From Actinomycetes bacterium (GTDB taxonomy: Bacteria > Actinomycetota > JAICYB01), in contig JAICYB010000004.1 in assembly GCA_025934435.1 (NCBI GenBank), positions 12,688 through 76,687 of the forward strand: a stretch of 64,000 bases of DNA. The letters run 5' to 3'. Of this stretch, positions 51,616-61,681 are shown one piece after another. A model generated the notes under the pieces. The model saw only the letters and a program-made list of their open reading frames with translations, was not told the origin of the DNA and ran no database searches. Position 1 is the stretch's first letter, and each line of letters begins with the position of its first letter. Both the position numbers and the translations under genes were made by a program.

Positions 51616-52595
51616 CGCCGCGTCCGACGAAGTCCTCGCTCGAAGAACTTCTCGCGAACGCGACGTCCCGCGAGCAGTGGAAGACCGCTGAGTCGCTCTC
51701 AGGAAGCATGCTCGAGCGCATCGAGATCGAGGGCGAGCCGTTCGTCTTGAAGCACATGCACGTCGACGACGACTGGATCCAGCGTTCGATGGGCGATCTG
51801 TACACGAAGCCGCTCGAGATGTGGCGGTCGGGCCTCTTCGACGCACTTCCGCCGTCCATCGACCACACGATCGTCGACGTCGCCTGCGGTCTCGGGCGCA
51901 ACGGATGGGGTTGCGCGGTCTTGATGCGGGACGTGTCCTCGTCGATGCTCCCGATCGACACGATCCCGATCGACCTCCAACTCCAGTTCCTCGATCACAT
52001 GGCGGAGCTCCACGCTCGCTTCTGGGGCTTCGAGGACACCGTCGGCCTGCTCCCGGTGAGCAATCGGTACTTCTTGTTGTCGCCGCTGATGGCGTCCTTG
52101 GAAGCGGAGCGCGAAGCGGTCGACGTCGTACCGTCGATCGTTCCACAGGGATGGGCAACTACCTTCGATTCCTCCGCGGTCGTCGCGAAGTTCGTCCGCC
52201 CGCTGCTGGCCGATCCCTTCCCGCTGGTGCAAGCGCAGGCGTCCGACCCGCAATGCCTCGTCCACAGCGATTGGAAGGCCGGCAATCTCGGTGCGACACC
52301 CGACGGGCGGACGGTGCTCATCGACTGGGCGCTACCCGGGCAAGCTTCGGTCACGGTCGACATCGCCGACTACCTCGCGGTGAACTGCGATCTCTTGCCC
52401 GTTTCGAAGGAAGAGACGATCGCGCAGTATCGCGAAGCACTCGAACGGCGCGGGATCGCCACGGAAGCTTGGTTCGAGAGATCGCTCGACCTGTCGCTCC
52501 TCGGGCTCACGGTGTTGATGGCGTGGTCGAAGCAGGGCGACGAGCTCGCATGGTGGGAAGAACGCGTCGAGCGCGCTATGCGCTACTTCGACTGA
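51600..52595 (+). CDS. phosphotransferase-family (APH/kinase-like fold) protein
   Basis: Brenner-type motif VHSDWKAGNLG (HxDxxxxN); DWA Mg-binding region (LIDWALPG). Confidence 0.6.
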   Translation: MGTSLTPRPTKSSLEELLANATSREQWKTAESLSGSMLERIEIEGEPFVLKHMHVDDDWIQRSMGDLYTKPLEMWRSGLFDALPPSIDHTIVDVACGLGRNGWGCAVLMRDVSSSMLPIDTIPIDLQLQFLDHMAELHARFWGFEDTVGLLPVSNRYFLLSPLMASLEAEREAVDVVPSIVPQGWATTFDSSAVVAKFVRPLLADPFPLVQAQASDPQCLVHSDWKAGNLGATPDGRTVLIDWALPGQASVTVDIADYLAVNCDLLPVSKEETIAQYREALERRGIATEAWFERSLDLSLLGLTVLMAWSKQGDELAWWEERVERAMRYFD

Positions 52596-55138
52596 GCGAC
52601 GGCCGTGTGCAGGTGCGCCTCGAGCTCGGCGATGCGCGCCGGGTCCGTGAGCTTGTGTCCCGCGAGATCGCGCACATAGAAGACGTCGACGACGTCCAGG
52701 CCGTACGTCGCCACCTTCGCGAGCGACAGGTCACATCCGGCGTCCGCCAGAACCTTCGTGATCACGCGGAGCAAACCGACCCTGTCACGCGTGTGGATCT
52801 CCACGACGGTGTGGGACTCCGACGCGGCATTGTCGACGACGACCTCGGCGTCCGATGGCGACGCCGGCGCGACGCGCCGCCGCCGCGTCTGCGCGGTCTT
52901 GCGTGCCAGTTCCGCGTCGAGGTCCAGTGAACCGTCCAATACGGCGATCACGTCCGAGCGGACGCGCGCCCACCGGTCCTCCGGGATCGGTCCGTGCGCG
53001 CCGATCACGCGGAAGATCTCGACCGCGATGCCGTCCGAACGTGTGTAGATCTCCGCATCGTGCACGTCGATCCCGCGGAGCGCGAGTGCGCCCGTGACCA
53101 TCGAGAACAGACCCGGCCTATCGTGCGCGACGAGCACGAACTCCTCCGCGTCCTCGACGGTCGCCGTCGCCGTCCGAACCTCTCCCGCTGCGAGCGGTTG
53201 ATAGAGCAACACGAGCTGACGCGCGGCCGAAGCCACATCGACGCTCCGCATCCAGCTCTCGGGCATCGGTCCGGCGAGACGCAAGGCCTCGGCGGCGTCG
53301 ATGTCGAGCGCGGCCGCGATCTCGTTCAACCTGGTCGATGCCGCGTCGTCGTCGACCCTCACACCTTCGAGGTGCTCCAGTGCCTTCGCGTAGAGCTCTC
53401 GTATGAGCGATGCACGGAAGGACGACCACGCCTCGGCCCCCGTCGCGAGCGAGTCGGCTCGCGTCAGCAGGAAGAGCATCGCCAGACGCCGGGCGTCGCC
53501 GACGCGTGACGTCACCTCTTCGATCGTCTTCGGATCGCTCAGGTCGCGCCGCGTGGCGAGCGTCGGGAGCAAGAGGTGGGCTTCGACGAGGAACGCGGCG
53601 TCTGCACGTTGATCGTCGCGAAGATTCATCGATATGGCGGCCTTCGCCACGATCTCGGCACCGAGCGCGCTGTGATCGGTGTCGCGGCCCTTCCCGATGT
53701 CGTGGAGGAAGGTCGCGAGAACGAGCGCGTGCGCATCGTCGACACGCGTCCATGCGTCCCGCACGTAGGCGTCGTCGCTGCTGCGACTCGACGCGAGCTC
53801 GGCGACGGCCTCGATCAGATGCCGGTCGACCGTGAACCGGTGGTAGAGATCTCGCTGCGGGTAAGCGCGGATCGCCCTCCACGGCTCGAACAGCGTCGTG
53901 ATGAGGCCCGCGCGATCCATCGCTTCGAGCGCGTCCGACCCCGGACGTCCCGACTCGAGGATGTCGAAGAACGCTTCGCGTGCTTCGGGCGTCCAACGCA
54001 CGGTGCCGGACGACTCGAGTTCGTCGTGCAACCGGTTGATCGACGCGCGGCCGATCGGCGCATCCGCACGGACCGACCGACGGAAGACGCGGAGCCATCC
54101 GGCGGGATCGTCCGCGACGTGCGTCACGGCAACGACCTCGAGGCGGCCGTCCTGCAGGACGCATCCATCGCCGACCGATTCCGACGACGAGCGTCGCAAC
54201 CGTCGGCGACGCGTCGCATGCAGGATCTGATCCCAGAAGCTGGACGCGATCGCATCGACGTTCCGCGCGTGCTCGTAGACGTCCCGCATCAAGATGTCAC
54301 CGGCGCGCCGCGGTGGTTCGTCCACATAGCCGAGGTTCTCGGCGATCGGGTCCTGATCGGCGAGATAGAGCTGATCCTGATGCCGCGAGGTCCGGAGATG
54401 GAGGTCGATGCGGATCCGCAACAGGACGCGGCGAGCGTTGCCCAGCATGACGGCGTCGCGTTCACTGAGATAGCCGGATTGCGCGAGCGCGTCGATGCCG
54501 TCGCCCCCGCGCAGGCAGCGCGACGCCCACGCGACGGACTGGATGTCGCGGAGGCCGCCCGCGGAATCCCGGATGTTCGGCTCGAGAAGGTGTCCGGCAT
54601 GGCCGAAACGGTGATGGCGCTCCTCGCTCGCCGCCGCAAGATCGCGCAGGAACGCATGCCGGTTGCGTTCGAGATGACGGCGGACCTGATCCTCGAGATC
54701 GGCGAACAAACCCTCGTCTCCCGCGAGGAACCGAGTGTCGAGCAACGCGCAGAGCTCGTCGACCCGATCGATGTTGCGAAGTGCCTCGCGCGGCGTGCGG
54801 ACGCGGTCGCCGAGATCGCGCCCCGAATCCCAGAGCGGGTACATCACGGCGCGATTCAGCGTGTTGATGTCCGCCGGTTTCAAACCGCCGTGCAACAAGA
54901 CGAGATCGAGATCGGACCCCGTCGAGAGCTCGCGACGTCCGTATCCGCCGAGGGCAACGAGGGCGACGGGTCCGGGAACGGATCCGGACGCGAGCGCGCG
55001 TTCGAACGTCTCGATCACGAGTCCGTCGGCGTCCGCCGTATGCGCGTGGAGGATCTCGTCGGGTTCCGCGCCGCTTCGCTGCATATGCTCAACGCGTTCG
55101 CGTGCGCGATCGAACGAAGCGCGGATCTCTTCCGTCAC
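52583..55138 (-). CDS. glnD: [protein-PII] uridylyltransferase / uridylyl-removing enzyme
   Basis: 851 aa; N-terminal nucleotidyltransferase (GGYGRRELSTGSDLDL); HD domain (HDIGKG); two C-terminal ACT domains. Confidence 0.9.
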   Translation of the reverse strand: MTEEIRASFDRARERVEHMQRSGAEPDEILHAHTADADGLVIETFERALASGSVPGPVALVALGGYGRRELSTGSDLDLVLLHGGLKPADINTLNRAVMYPLWDSGRDLGDRVRTPREALRNIDRVDELCALLDTRFLAGDEGLFADLEDQVRRHLERNRHAFLRDLAAASEERHHRFGHAGHLLEPNIRDSAGGLRDIQSVAWASRCLRGGDGIDALAQSGYLSERDAVMLGNARRVLLRIRIDLHLRTSRHQDQLYLADQDPIAENLGYVDEPPRRAGDILMRDVYEHARNVDAIASSFWDQILHATRRRRLRRSSSESVGDGCVLQDGRLEVVAVTHVADDPAGWLRVFRRSVRADAPIGRASINRLHDELESSGTVRWTPEAREAFFDILESGRPGSDALEAMDRAGLITTLFEPWRAIRAYPQRDLYHRFTVDRHLIEAVAELASSRSSDDAYVRDAWTRVDDAHALVLATFLHDIGKGRDTDHSALGAEIVAKAAISMNLRDDQRADAAFLVEAHLLLPTLATRRDLSDPKTIEEVTSRVGDARRLAMLFLLTRADSLATGAEAWSSFRASLIRELYAKALEHLEGVRVDDDAASTRLNEIAAALDIDAAEALRLAGPMPESWMRSVDVASAARQLVLLYQPLAAGEVRTATATVEDAEEFVLVAHDRPGLFSMVTGALALRGIDVHDAEIYTRSDGIAVEIFRVIGAHGPIPEDRWARVRSDVIAVLDGSLDLDAELARKTAQTRRRRVAPASPSDAEVVVDNAASESHTVVEIHTRDRVGLLRVITKVLADAGCDLSLAKVATYGLDVVDVFYVRDLAGHKLTDPARIAELEAHLHTAVAQSK

Positions 55139-55176
55139 GTCAACAGTGTGACTGCTATCACGCGTGGAAAAGGAAA

Positions 55177-55206
55177 CTCCCGGCGGGTCTCCGCCGGGAG
55201 TTTTGG
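55177..55206. terminator. GC-rich hairpin flanked by A-run (5') and T-run (3'): bidirectional intrinsic terminator candidate
   Basis: ctcccggcgg-gtct-ccgccgggag followed by ttttggttt; lies between the repeat-protein stop and the glnD start. Confidence 0.6.
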
Positions 55207-55225
55207 TTTCCTTGATAACCGCGCG

Positions 55226-55699
55226 TTACTTCTTCTTGCGCGGGCGCTTCATTGCGATCTCAGGAGCAGCCGCAGCCTTGCGACGACGTCCTGCGGACTT
55301 CTTACGACCGCCGGCCTTCTTGCGTCCGGTGGCCTTCTTACGGCCGGTCGCCTTCTTGCGGCCGGTCGCCTTCTTACGGCCAGTGGCCTTCTTGCGGCCG
55401 GTCGCCTTCTTGCGTCCGGTGGCCTTCTTACGACCGCCGGCCTTCTTGCGGCCCGTGGCCTTCTTACGGCCGGTCGCCTTCTTGCGTCCGGTGGACTTCT
55501 TGCGACCCGCGGCCTTCTTGCGACCAGTGGTCTTCTTGCGGCCGGTCGCCTTCTTGCGACCAGCAGCCTTCTTACGACCTGTCGACTTCTTACGAGCAGT
55601 CGACTTCTTGCGAGCCGGAGACTTACGCGCCGTCGACTTCTTGCGCGCAGCCGGCTTACGCTTCGATCGCTTCGCAGCCTTGCGTGGCATTCGGTTCAC
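55226..55699 (-). CDS. histone-H1-like repetitive basic protein (Lys/Arg-rich hexapeptide repeats)
   Basis: 157 aa made almost entirely of [AST]GRKK[AKS] hexapeptide repeats. A strong GGAGGGAGG RBS precedes the in-frame ATG (~55690); the track start is a GTG 9 nt upstream. Rho-independent terminator immediately downstream. Confidence 0.55.
   Translation of the reverse strand: MNRMPRKAAKRSKRKPAARKKSTARKSPARKKSTARKKSTGRKKAAGRKKATGRKKTTGRKKAAGRKKSTGRKKATGRKKATGRKKAGGRKKATGRKKATGRKKATGRKKATGRKKATGRKKATGRKKAGGRKKSAGRRRKAAAAPEIAMKRPRKKK
55290..55650. repeat. ~20 tandem copies of an 18-bp unit (coding repeats of 55226..55699)
   Basis: ggccttcttgcg[tg]ccgg[tc]c units visible directly on the plus strand. 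Confidence 0.8.
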
Positions 55700-55879
55700 C
55701 TCCCTCCTACTTGGTCAGATGACCTCTGCATGCATCCAACAAACACGCAGATGCATAACCCACTAACGAGGTCAAGATTCACCATAGCGACAAGTCGTGC
55801 GTATGTGAAGGGTTTTCACGAAACTCATTCGAACGAGTTCTTCGCACGATCAACAGGTCGGTAACGCGTTTCGCGCGTG

Positions 55880-56212
55880 CTACGACGCAACGCGCGTGCG
55901 CGGTCGACGACCGATGCGCACGGCAGCAACGCGTGAAAGCACGTCGCGGATGTCTTCACCATCCGCGATGAGTGCGAACAAGCGCTGCGCTTGTCGACGC
56001 AAACGTGTGCGTTCGCGTTCAGTAAGTCCGCCCCAGATCCCGTAACGTTCGCTGTTCGCGAGTGCGTATTCGAGACAGTCGAGACGTACGGAACAATTCA
56101 CGCAAACACGTTTCGCTGAATCGCCGGGACTTCCACGTTCGGGGAAGAACAGATCTGCATCTTCACCACGGCACAGTGCGTGCTCTTGCCAGTCGTAACG
56201 GATCCGCCACAC
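55880..56212 (-). CDS. whiB: WhiB-family transcriptional regulator
   Basis: Four Cys (C..C..C.....C) plus the GIWGG turn; 110 aa. Confidence 0.85.
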   Translation of the reverse strand: MWRIRYDWQEHALCRGEDADLFFPERGSPGDSAKRVCVNCSVRLDCLEYALANSERYGIWGGLTERERTRLRRQAQRLFALIADGEDIRDVLSRVAAVRIGRRPRTRVAS

Positions 56213-56309
56213 GCCCGATCTTCTCCCTGCGAGGGGCCACAGGTCTGTAATTACGCTCGTGTCATTTTAGAGACGATGCTGATTCTGTCAAGACCCGCGT
56301 TCAGTCGGC

Positions 56310-56735
56310 TCAGCTGAGGTAGCGGCGCCAGATCCAGAAGGACGACATCAGCATCGCGCCCGAACCGAACAACCCGAGGATCGCGAGGCCGCGATTGGGG
56401 GTCGCCGCCGGCGTCGGCGTCGGGCTCGGCGTCGGGGTCGGCGAAGCGGTCGCCGTCGGTGTCGGTGAAGCGATCGGCGCCGTGCTGTGCGAGGGGATCG
56501 GCGTGAAGGTATGGAAGAACGTGCGCACGGGCGTCTTCGTCGGAACCGGCGTCGGCTTCACCGTCGGAGACGGTGTCGGCGTCGGGCAATTGAACCCCGG
56601 TATGCACGCCGGCGTGGGCGTCGGCGTGGCGGTGACCGTCGGCGTCGGGAAGGTGATCTGCGCCTGTGCGATCGCCGCGCCACCAAGTGCAAAAAGCACG
56701 ATGAACAGGGCAGATATGGCGATCCGGCGCGTCAT
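56310..56735 (-). CDS. secreted Pro/Thr-rich protein with C-terminal hydrophobic anchor
   Basis: Signal peptide (AIAQAQ); low-complexity TPTPTP repeats; C-terminal TM plus RRYLS basic tail. Confidence 0.4.
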   Translation of the reverse strand: MTRRIAISALFIVLFALGGAAIAQAQITFPTPTVTATPTPTPACIPGFNCPTPTPSPTVKPTPVPTKTPVRTFFHTFTPIPSHSTAPIASPTPTATASPTPTPSPTPTPAATPNRGLAILGLFGSGAMLMSSFWIWRRYLS

Positions 56736-56780
56736 GACGTGGTCGCCAGAGTGTAGCGCTCGGCAATAGCATGACTGGCA

Positions 56781-57302
56781 GTGGCGCGTGTTCTGCTCAC
56801 CGGCGCACCAGGTTCAGGAAAGACGACACTCACGCGCCGCGTCGTCGAGGTGCTCCGCGAACGCGGTGAAGTGCTCGCAGGATTCACGACGTCCGAGATA
56901 CGCCGCGGCGGACGACGCACCGGGTTCGTCGTCACCGGTATCGGTGGACTCGAGCGGACGCTCGCGCTGCGAGGTGCGAACGGTCCGCGCGTCGGCACAT
57001 ACGGCGTCGACGTCGCAGCCTTCGATGAAGTCGCACTGCTCGAGATCTCGAACGGCATCGAGCTCGGATCCACGCTCGTCGTGGACGAGATCGGGAAGAT
57101 GGAACTCCTCTCGGACGGCTTCCGGGCCCTCATCGGCCGGATCTTCGAGTGTCCGCGCGTCCTCGCGACCGTTCCGGCGGCCGCGGTCCCGCTCGTCGAC
57201 GACCTCAAAGCACGGCCGGACGTGACCCTCATAACCGTGGATCCGTCCGTCGATCCCGAGCACGTCGCCCGGCTGGTCGTCGACGACGGCGATTTCCGAT
57301 AG
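56781..57302 (+). CDS. P-loop NTPase (THEP1/NTPCR-like)
   Basis: Walker A GAPGSGKTT; Walker B VVDEIGKME; 173 aa. Confidence 0.6.
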   Translation: MARVLLTGAPGSGKTTLTRRVVEVLRERGEVLAGFTTSEIRRGGRRTGFVVTGIGGLERTLALRGANGPRVGTYGVDVAAFDEVALLEISNGIELGSTLVVDEIGKMELLSDGFRALIGRIFECPRVLATVPAAAVPLVDDLKARPDVTLITVDPSVDPEHVARLVVDDGDFR

Positions 57303-57348
57303 GATTCGGTTCCAAATCTGTACCGGGGGGGACCGGTTCGGACCGCCG

Positions 57349-58050
57349 TTGGAGGACAGTAAAGGTATGCCCGAGACCCGTCTGGAGACCCCGGCCGCGT
57401 GGCCACTACCTCCCGAGGTCTCCGAACCACAGCCGCCGCAGGAGCGCCGGTCCTGGGGCAAGGTCTCCCATTCCGAGCGGTACAAGCGCCAGCGCCGCGA
57501 CCTGCTCCGCGCCGCGAGCCGCCTCGCGGCCCGCGACGGCTACGAGCGGACGCGCGTGGCCGACATCGTGGCCGAAGCCGGCCTCTCGAAGAGCACCTTC
57601 TATGAGCACTTCACGTCCAAAGAGGAATGCTTCGTCGATCTCTACCGCCGGACGAGCGGACAGATGCTCCGCGGAGCGGTCGAGACGGCCGAGGCGACGA
57701 TCCACCTCGGCCCCCACGAGTGCCTGCTCTCGGTGATCCGGGCCCTCGTCGGCTACTCCGAGCGCAACCCGCGCCTCGCGGAAGCGCTTCGCGTCTCGCT
57801 CGGCGCGATGGACGCGAACGTCATCGATACGAGCTATGACAACATGCGCCGGATCATCCACTTCTTCGTCGCGCTCGCGCACCGGCTCGATTCACCGCTC
57901 GAAGGAGACGACTTGGAGCTGACGGCAACGGTCATGGTGCGCGGCGTCACGGACATCCTCGGCACGTTGCGCAGTGATCCGTCCACCCTCGACGACCGGC
58001 TGGACCAGGTCGCCCGGATGGGCGTCCGAGCATTCGGGTTCGCGCCGTGA
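57349..58050 (+). CDS. TetR/AcrR-family transcriptional regulator
   Basis: N-terminal HTH TRVADIVAEAGLSKSTFYEHFTSKEE; acidic/Pro-rich N-terminal leader. Confidence 0.8.
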   Translation: MEDSKGMPETRLETPAAWPLPPEVSEPQPPQERRSWGKVSHSERYKRQRRDLLRAASRLAARDGYERTRVADIVAEAGLSKSTFYEHFTSKEECFVDLYRRTSGQMLRGAVETAEATIHLGPHECLLSVIRALVGYSERNPRLAEALRVSLGAMDANVIDTSYDNMRRIIHFFVALAHRLDSPLEGDDLELTATVMVRGVTDILGTLRSDPSTLDDRLDQVARMGVRAFGFAP

Positions 58051-59807
58051 GGTGGAAGCAATACAAGCGCCTCCTCGGTGACGCGCGTCCGTATCTCGGG
58101 AAACTCGCGCTCGCCCTCGTCGGTGCGGTGATCGTCGCCGTGATCGTTCCGATCGTTCCTTTGTTCGTCCGCGCCGTGATCGACAAAGGCATCACGCCCC
58201 GTCACTACAAGGTCGTGACGGAGCTCGTGCTGGCGATGATCGGGATCAGCGTGATCAAGGCCATCGGGTTCGGCACCCGCCGGCAGATGGCGGGCGAGAT
58301 ATCGATCGGTGTCGAGGGCGACCTCCGGCAGAAGATCTACAACCACGTCCAGGCGCTCGACGCCGGCTATCACGAGCGCGTTTCGACCGGGCAGATCATG
58401 TCGCGCGCGACGAGTGACATCAACGCGATCCGCCAGTACATGATGTCGCTCGGCTGGTCGGTGACCTTGGTCCTCCAGGTCGTCGCGATGTTCGCGATCA
58501 TGTTCATCATCGCGCCGCAGCTCGCGTTGATCTTCCTCATCGCGGCACCGTTCGTCGGTTACTACACCTACCGCTTCGCCGACCGCTTCGACCCCGTCGT
58601 GTGGCGCATGCAACAGAATCTCGGCGAGTTCGCGGCCGTCGTCGAAGAGACGGTCGTCGGCATCCGCATCGTCAAGGCCTTCGGTCGCGAGAAGGACCAG
58701 GTCCGCAAGCTCACGAAAGATGCCGACGCGGTCTACGACGCGGCGATGGAGTCCATCAACCTCCGCGCGCGGTTCGTCCCCTTCTTCAACCTCGTCCCGA
58801 CACTCGGTCTCGCCGCCGTGCTCTGGGTCGGCGGGAACATGGCGATCCACGGACGCCTGACCGCCGGGACCATCGTCGCGCTCTTCCAGTACCTCTTCCT
58901 GATGATCCAGCCGCTGCGCTCGATCGGGATGATCATCGCGTGGGGCCAGCGCGCGGTCACGGCGTCGACGCGCATCTACGAGATCCTCGAGACCGAGCCG
59001 GGCATCGCCGACCACGACGGAGCGAACAAGATCGATGTCACCGGCGCCGGCGTGCACTTCGAAGACGTGCACTTCGCGTATCCCGACGGCGGCCCGGTCC
59101 TCGACGGCGTCACGCTCGACGTGCCGGCCGGTTCGTCCGTCGCGCTCGTCGGACAGACGGGGTGCGGCAAGTCGACGCTCATGCGCCTCCTCCCGCGCTT
59201 CATCGAACCCGCGCGAGGAACGGTCACGATCGACGGACAGAACGTGTCCAACGTCACGCTCCGTTCGCTTCGCGCGCAGATCGGGATCGTGTTCGAAGAC
59301 ACGCTGCTGTTCAGTGACACGATCGCGCAGAACATCGCGTTCGGCCGTCCGGATGCGAGCGTCGAGGAGATCGTCCGTGCCGCCGCGATCGCCCAAGCGC
59401 ACGAATTCATCGAGGAACTGCCCGAGGGTTACGACACGGTCGTCGGTGAGCACGGCTACACGCTGTCCGGCGGGCAGCGTCAGCGCATCGCGATCGCGCG
59501 CGCGATCCTGCTGAACCCGCGCATCCTGATCCTGGACGACGCCACGTCGAACGTCGACGCGCGGGTCGAGGCGGCGATCCGCAAGGGCCTCGTCCAAGCG
59601 ATGAAGGGACGCACCACCATCATCGTCGCGCGCCGTCCGCAGACGGCCGCGCTCGCCGATCACGTCGCGCTGATGGACCACGGACGCATCGTCGACTTCG
59701 GAACGCACGCAGATCTCTGGCGAGAGAACACGGCGTATCGCGAGACGCTGCTCTCGTCGGTCGGCGTCGACGAGATCAAGGCCGCGCAGGAAGTCGAGCG
59801 CGTCTGA
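58047..59807 (+). CDS. ABC transporter permease/ATP-binding protein (type I exporter half-transporter)
   Basis: 6-TM domain plus NBD with Walker A GQTGCGKST, signature LSGGQRQR and Walker B ILILDDATS. Confidence 0.9.
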   Translation: MRWKQYKRLLGDARPYLGKLALALVGAVIVAVIVPIVPLFVRAVIDKGITPRHYKVVTELVLAMIGISVIKAIGFGTRRQMAGEISIGVEGDLRQKIYNHVQALDAGYHERVSTGQIMSRATSDINAIRQYMMSLGWSVTLVLQVVAMFAIMFIIAPQLALIFLIAAPFVGYYTYRFADRFDPVVWRMQQNLGEFAAVVEETVVGIRIVKAFGREKDQVRKLTKDADAVYDAAMESINLRARFVPFFNLVPTLGLAAVLWVGGNMAIHGRLTAGTIVALFQYLFLMIQPLRSIGMIIAWGQRAVTASTRIYEILETEPGIADHDGANKIDVTGAGVHFEDVHFAYPDGGPVLDGVTLDVPAGSSVALVGQTGCGKSTLMRLLPRFIEPARGTVTIDGQNVSNVTLRSLRAQIGIVFEDTLLFSDTIAQNIAFGRPDASVEEIVRAAAIAQAHEFIEELPEGYDTVVGEHGYTLSGGQRQRIAIARAILLNPRILILDDATSNVDARVEAAIRKGLVQAMKGRTTIIVARRPQTAALADHVALMDHGRIVDFGTHADLWRENTAYRETLLSSVGVDEIKAAQEVERV

Positions 59808-61642
59808 TGCGTCCGCCACCTTCTTCCCTCGGACGCGCGATCGGCCAACAAGCCGAGCAAGACGATTCGCAGGCTCGCTTCGGAAAGAGCGAGCTGAGGC
59901 TCCTCTGGCCGCACCTGCGGCCGCACCTGCGGTATGGAGTGATCGCCTCGATCGCGCTCATGTTCTCCCAGGCGGGCGCGCTCGCCGCACCGTGGCTCGT
60001 CGGCCGAGGCGTCGACAAAGGCATCCTCTCGCGGAACGAACGCGCGCTCGAGGTGTACGTCCTCGCGATCGTGGCGACGGGGATCGTCACGTGGATCACG
60101 CTCAGGATCGCGACGTCCGTCGGCGGACGGTTCGGTGAGAGCGCGCTCCGCTCGATCCGCATCAACGTCTTCGATCATCTCGTGCACCTCGACATGAGCT
60201 TCTTCGAGCGCGAGAAGGTCGGCCGTCTCGTCGCGCGCCTCACGTCCGACGTCGAAACGATCGAGGTTCTCGTGACCGAGGGCCTCGTCCAGATGAGCGC
60301 GATGTTCATGTACCTGATCGGATCCGTCCTCGTGCTCGTGGCGATCAACTTGCGACTCGCGCTCGTGACGCTGGCCGTCTCGATGCCGCTCATGCTCGTC
60401 GGGACGATCATCTTCCGTGGGTTCTCGGAGCGCGCGTACCGGAAAGTTCGCGACCGCATCGCGTCGGTGCTCACCTTCATGCAGGAGACCGTTCGCGGTG
60501 TGCACGTCGTGCAAGCGTTCGGCCGCGAGCGCTTCAACTCGCGACGCTTCCAGCAGGTGAACGACGACTGGCGCGACGCGAACGTCCGGTCGTTCTGGCC
60601 CGGCGCGATCTACTTCCCGCTCGCGGAGCTCTTCGGCCTTCTCGGCCTTGCCGCCGTCTTGATGTACGGCGGATACCTCGCGATGCACGGACACACGGTC
60701 AACCACAAGTTCATTCCGTTCGTGACCGTCGGCGTGCTCGCGTCCTTCGTGCTCTACCAAGCGGCGACGCTCGACCCGATCCAACAGCTCTCGCAGCTCT
60801 ACGACACGTTCCAGCAGGCGATGTCCGGACTCGCGAAGCTCTCGTTACTGCTCGACGAACGCTCGAAGATCGTGGACACCGCGGAGGCGGTCGCACTGGA
60901 CGGCGGCCACGGCGGCGCAGCGTTCGACGACGTGAACTTCCACTACCGCGACGATCTTCCGCTCGCGCTCGCCGATGTCAACATCGAGATCTCGCCCGGT
61001 GAGGTGCTCGCGCTCGTCGGTCCGACCGGCGCCGGCAAGTCGTCCATCGCCAAGCTGCTGCTCCGCTTCTACGATCCGACCACCGGTTCGGTGTCGCTCG
61101 ACTCACTCGACCTGCGCAACGTCACCGTCGAGTCGTTCCGGTCGCAGACGTCGATGGTGCCGCAGGAAGCGTTCCTCTTCCGCGGGACGATTCGCGACAA
61201 CATCCGTTTCGGCAAACCGGAGGCGACCGATCACGAGGTCGAAAGCGTCTGCCGCCTCCTCGGCATCGACGAGGCGATCCACCGCCTGCCGCAGGGCTAC
61301 GACACCGAGGTGCGCGAACGAGGAGCGGCGCTCTCCGGCGGAGAGCGCCAGCTGATCGCTCTCGCCCGTGCCGTCCTCGTCGATCCGAAGCTCATGATCT
61401 TGGACGAAGCCACCTCGAACCTCGACGCCGCGACGGAAGCGCACGTCGAGCAAGCCCTCCGGCTCGCGTCGGCCGGCCGGACGACCATCGTCATCGCCCA
61501 CCGGCTCTCGACGGCCGCGCGCTCGAATCGAGTCGCGGTCTGCGACCACGGCCGGATCATCGAGCTCGGAACGCACGACGAGCTGCTCGCGCGCCCGGAC
61601 GGGCTGTACGCCAAGCTCTACGCGCACTGGCTCGCGAACTGA
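59807..61642 (+). CDS. ABC transporter permease/ATP-binding protein (partner half-transporter)
   Basis: Walker A GPTGAGKSS; signature LSGGERQ; Walker B MILDEATS; start overlaps the upstream stop (heterodimeric exporter). Confidence 0.9.
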   Translation: MRPPPSSLGRAIGQQAEQDDSQARFGKSELRLLWPHLRPHLRYGVIASIALMFSQAGALAAPWLVGRGVDKGILSRNERALEVYVLAIVATGIVTWITLRIATSVGGRFGESALRSIRINVFDHLVHLDMSFFEREKVGRLVARLTSDVETIEVLVTEGLVQMSAMFMYLIGSVLVLVAINLRLALVTLAVSMPLMLVGTIIFRGFSERAYRKVRDRIASVLTFMQETVRGVHVVQAFGRERFNSRRFQQVNDDWRDANVRSFWPGAIYFPLAELFGLLGLAAVLMYGGYLAMHGHTVNHKFIPFVTVGVLASFVLYQAATLDPIQQLSQLYDTFQQAMSGLAKLSLLLDERSKIVDTAEAVALDGGHGGAAFDDVNFHYRDDLPLALADVNIEISPGEVLALVGPTGAGKSSIAKLLLRFYDPTTGSVSLDSLDLRNVTVESFRSQTSMVPQEAFLFRGTIRDNIRFGKPEATDHEVESVCRLLGIDEAIHRLPQGYDTEVRERGAALSGGERQLIALARAVLVDPKLMILDEATSNLDAATEAHVEQALRLASAGRTTIVIAHRLSTAARSNRVAVCDHGRIIELGTHDELLARPDGLYAKLYAHWLAN

Positions 61643-61681
61643 CGGTACAGACGGCCCTGTTCGTCCGATACTGGTAACGCT

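Noticed and set aside
55290-55650. Regular short tandem repeats that could be mistaken for a CRISPR array or non-coding VNTR
   Set aside because: The period is 18 bp with no spacers. The repeats are in frame inside an ORF that has a strong RBS and a terminator, so they are coding hexapeptide repeats.
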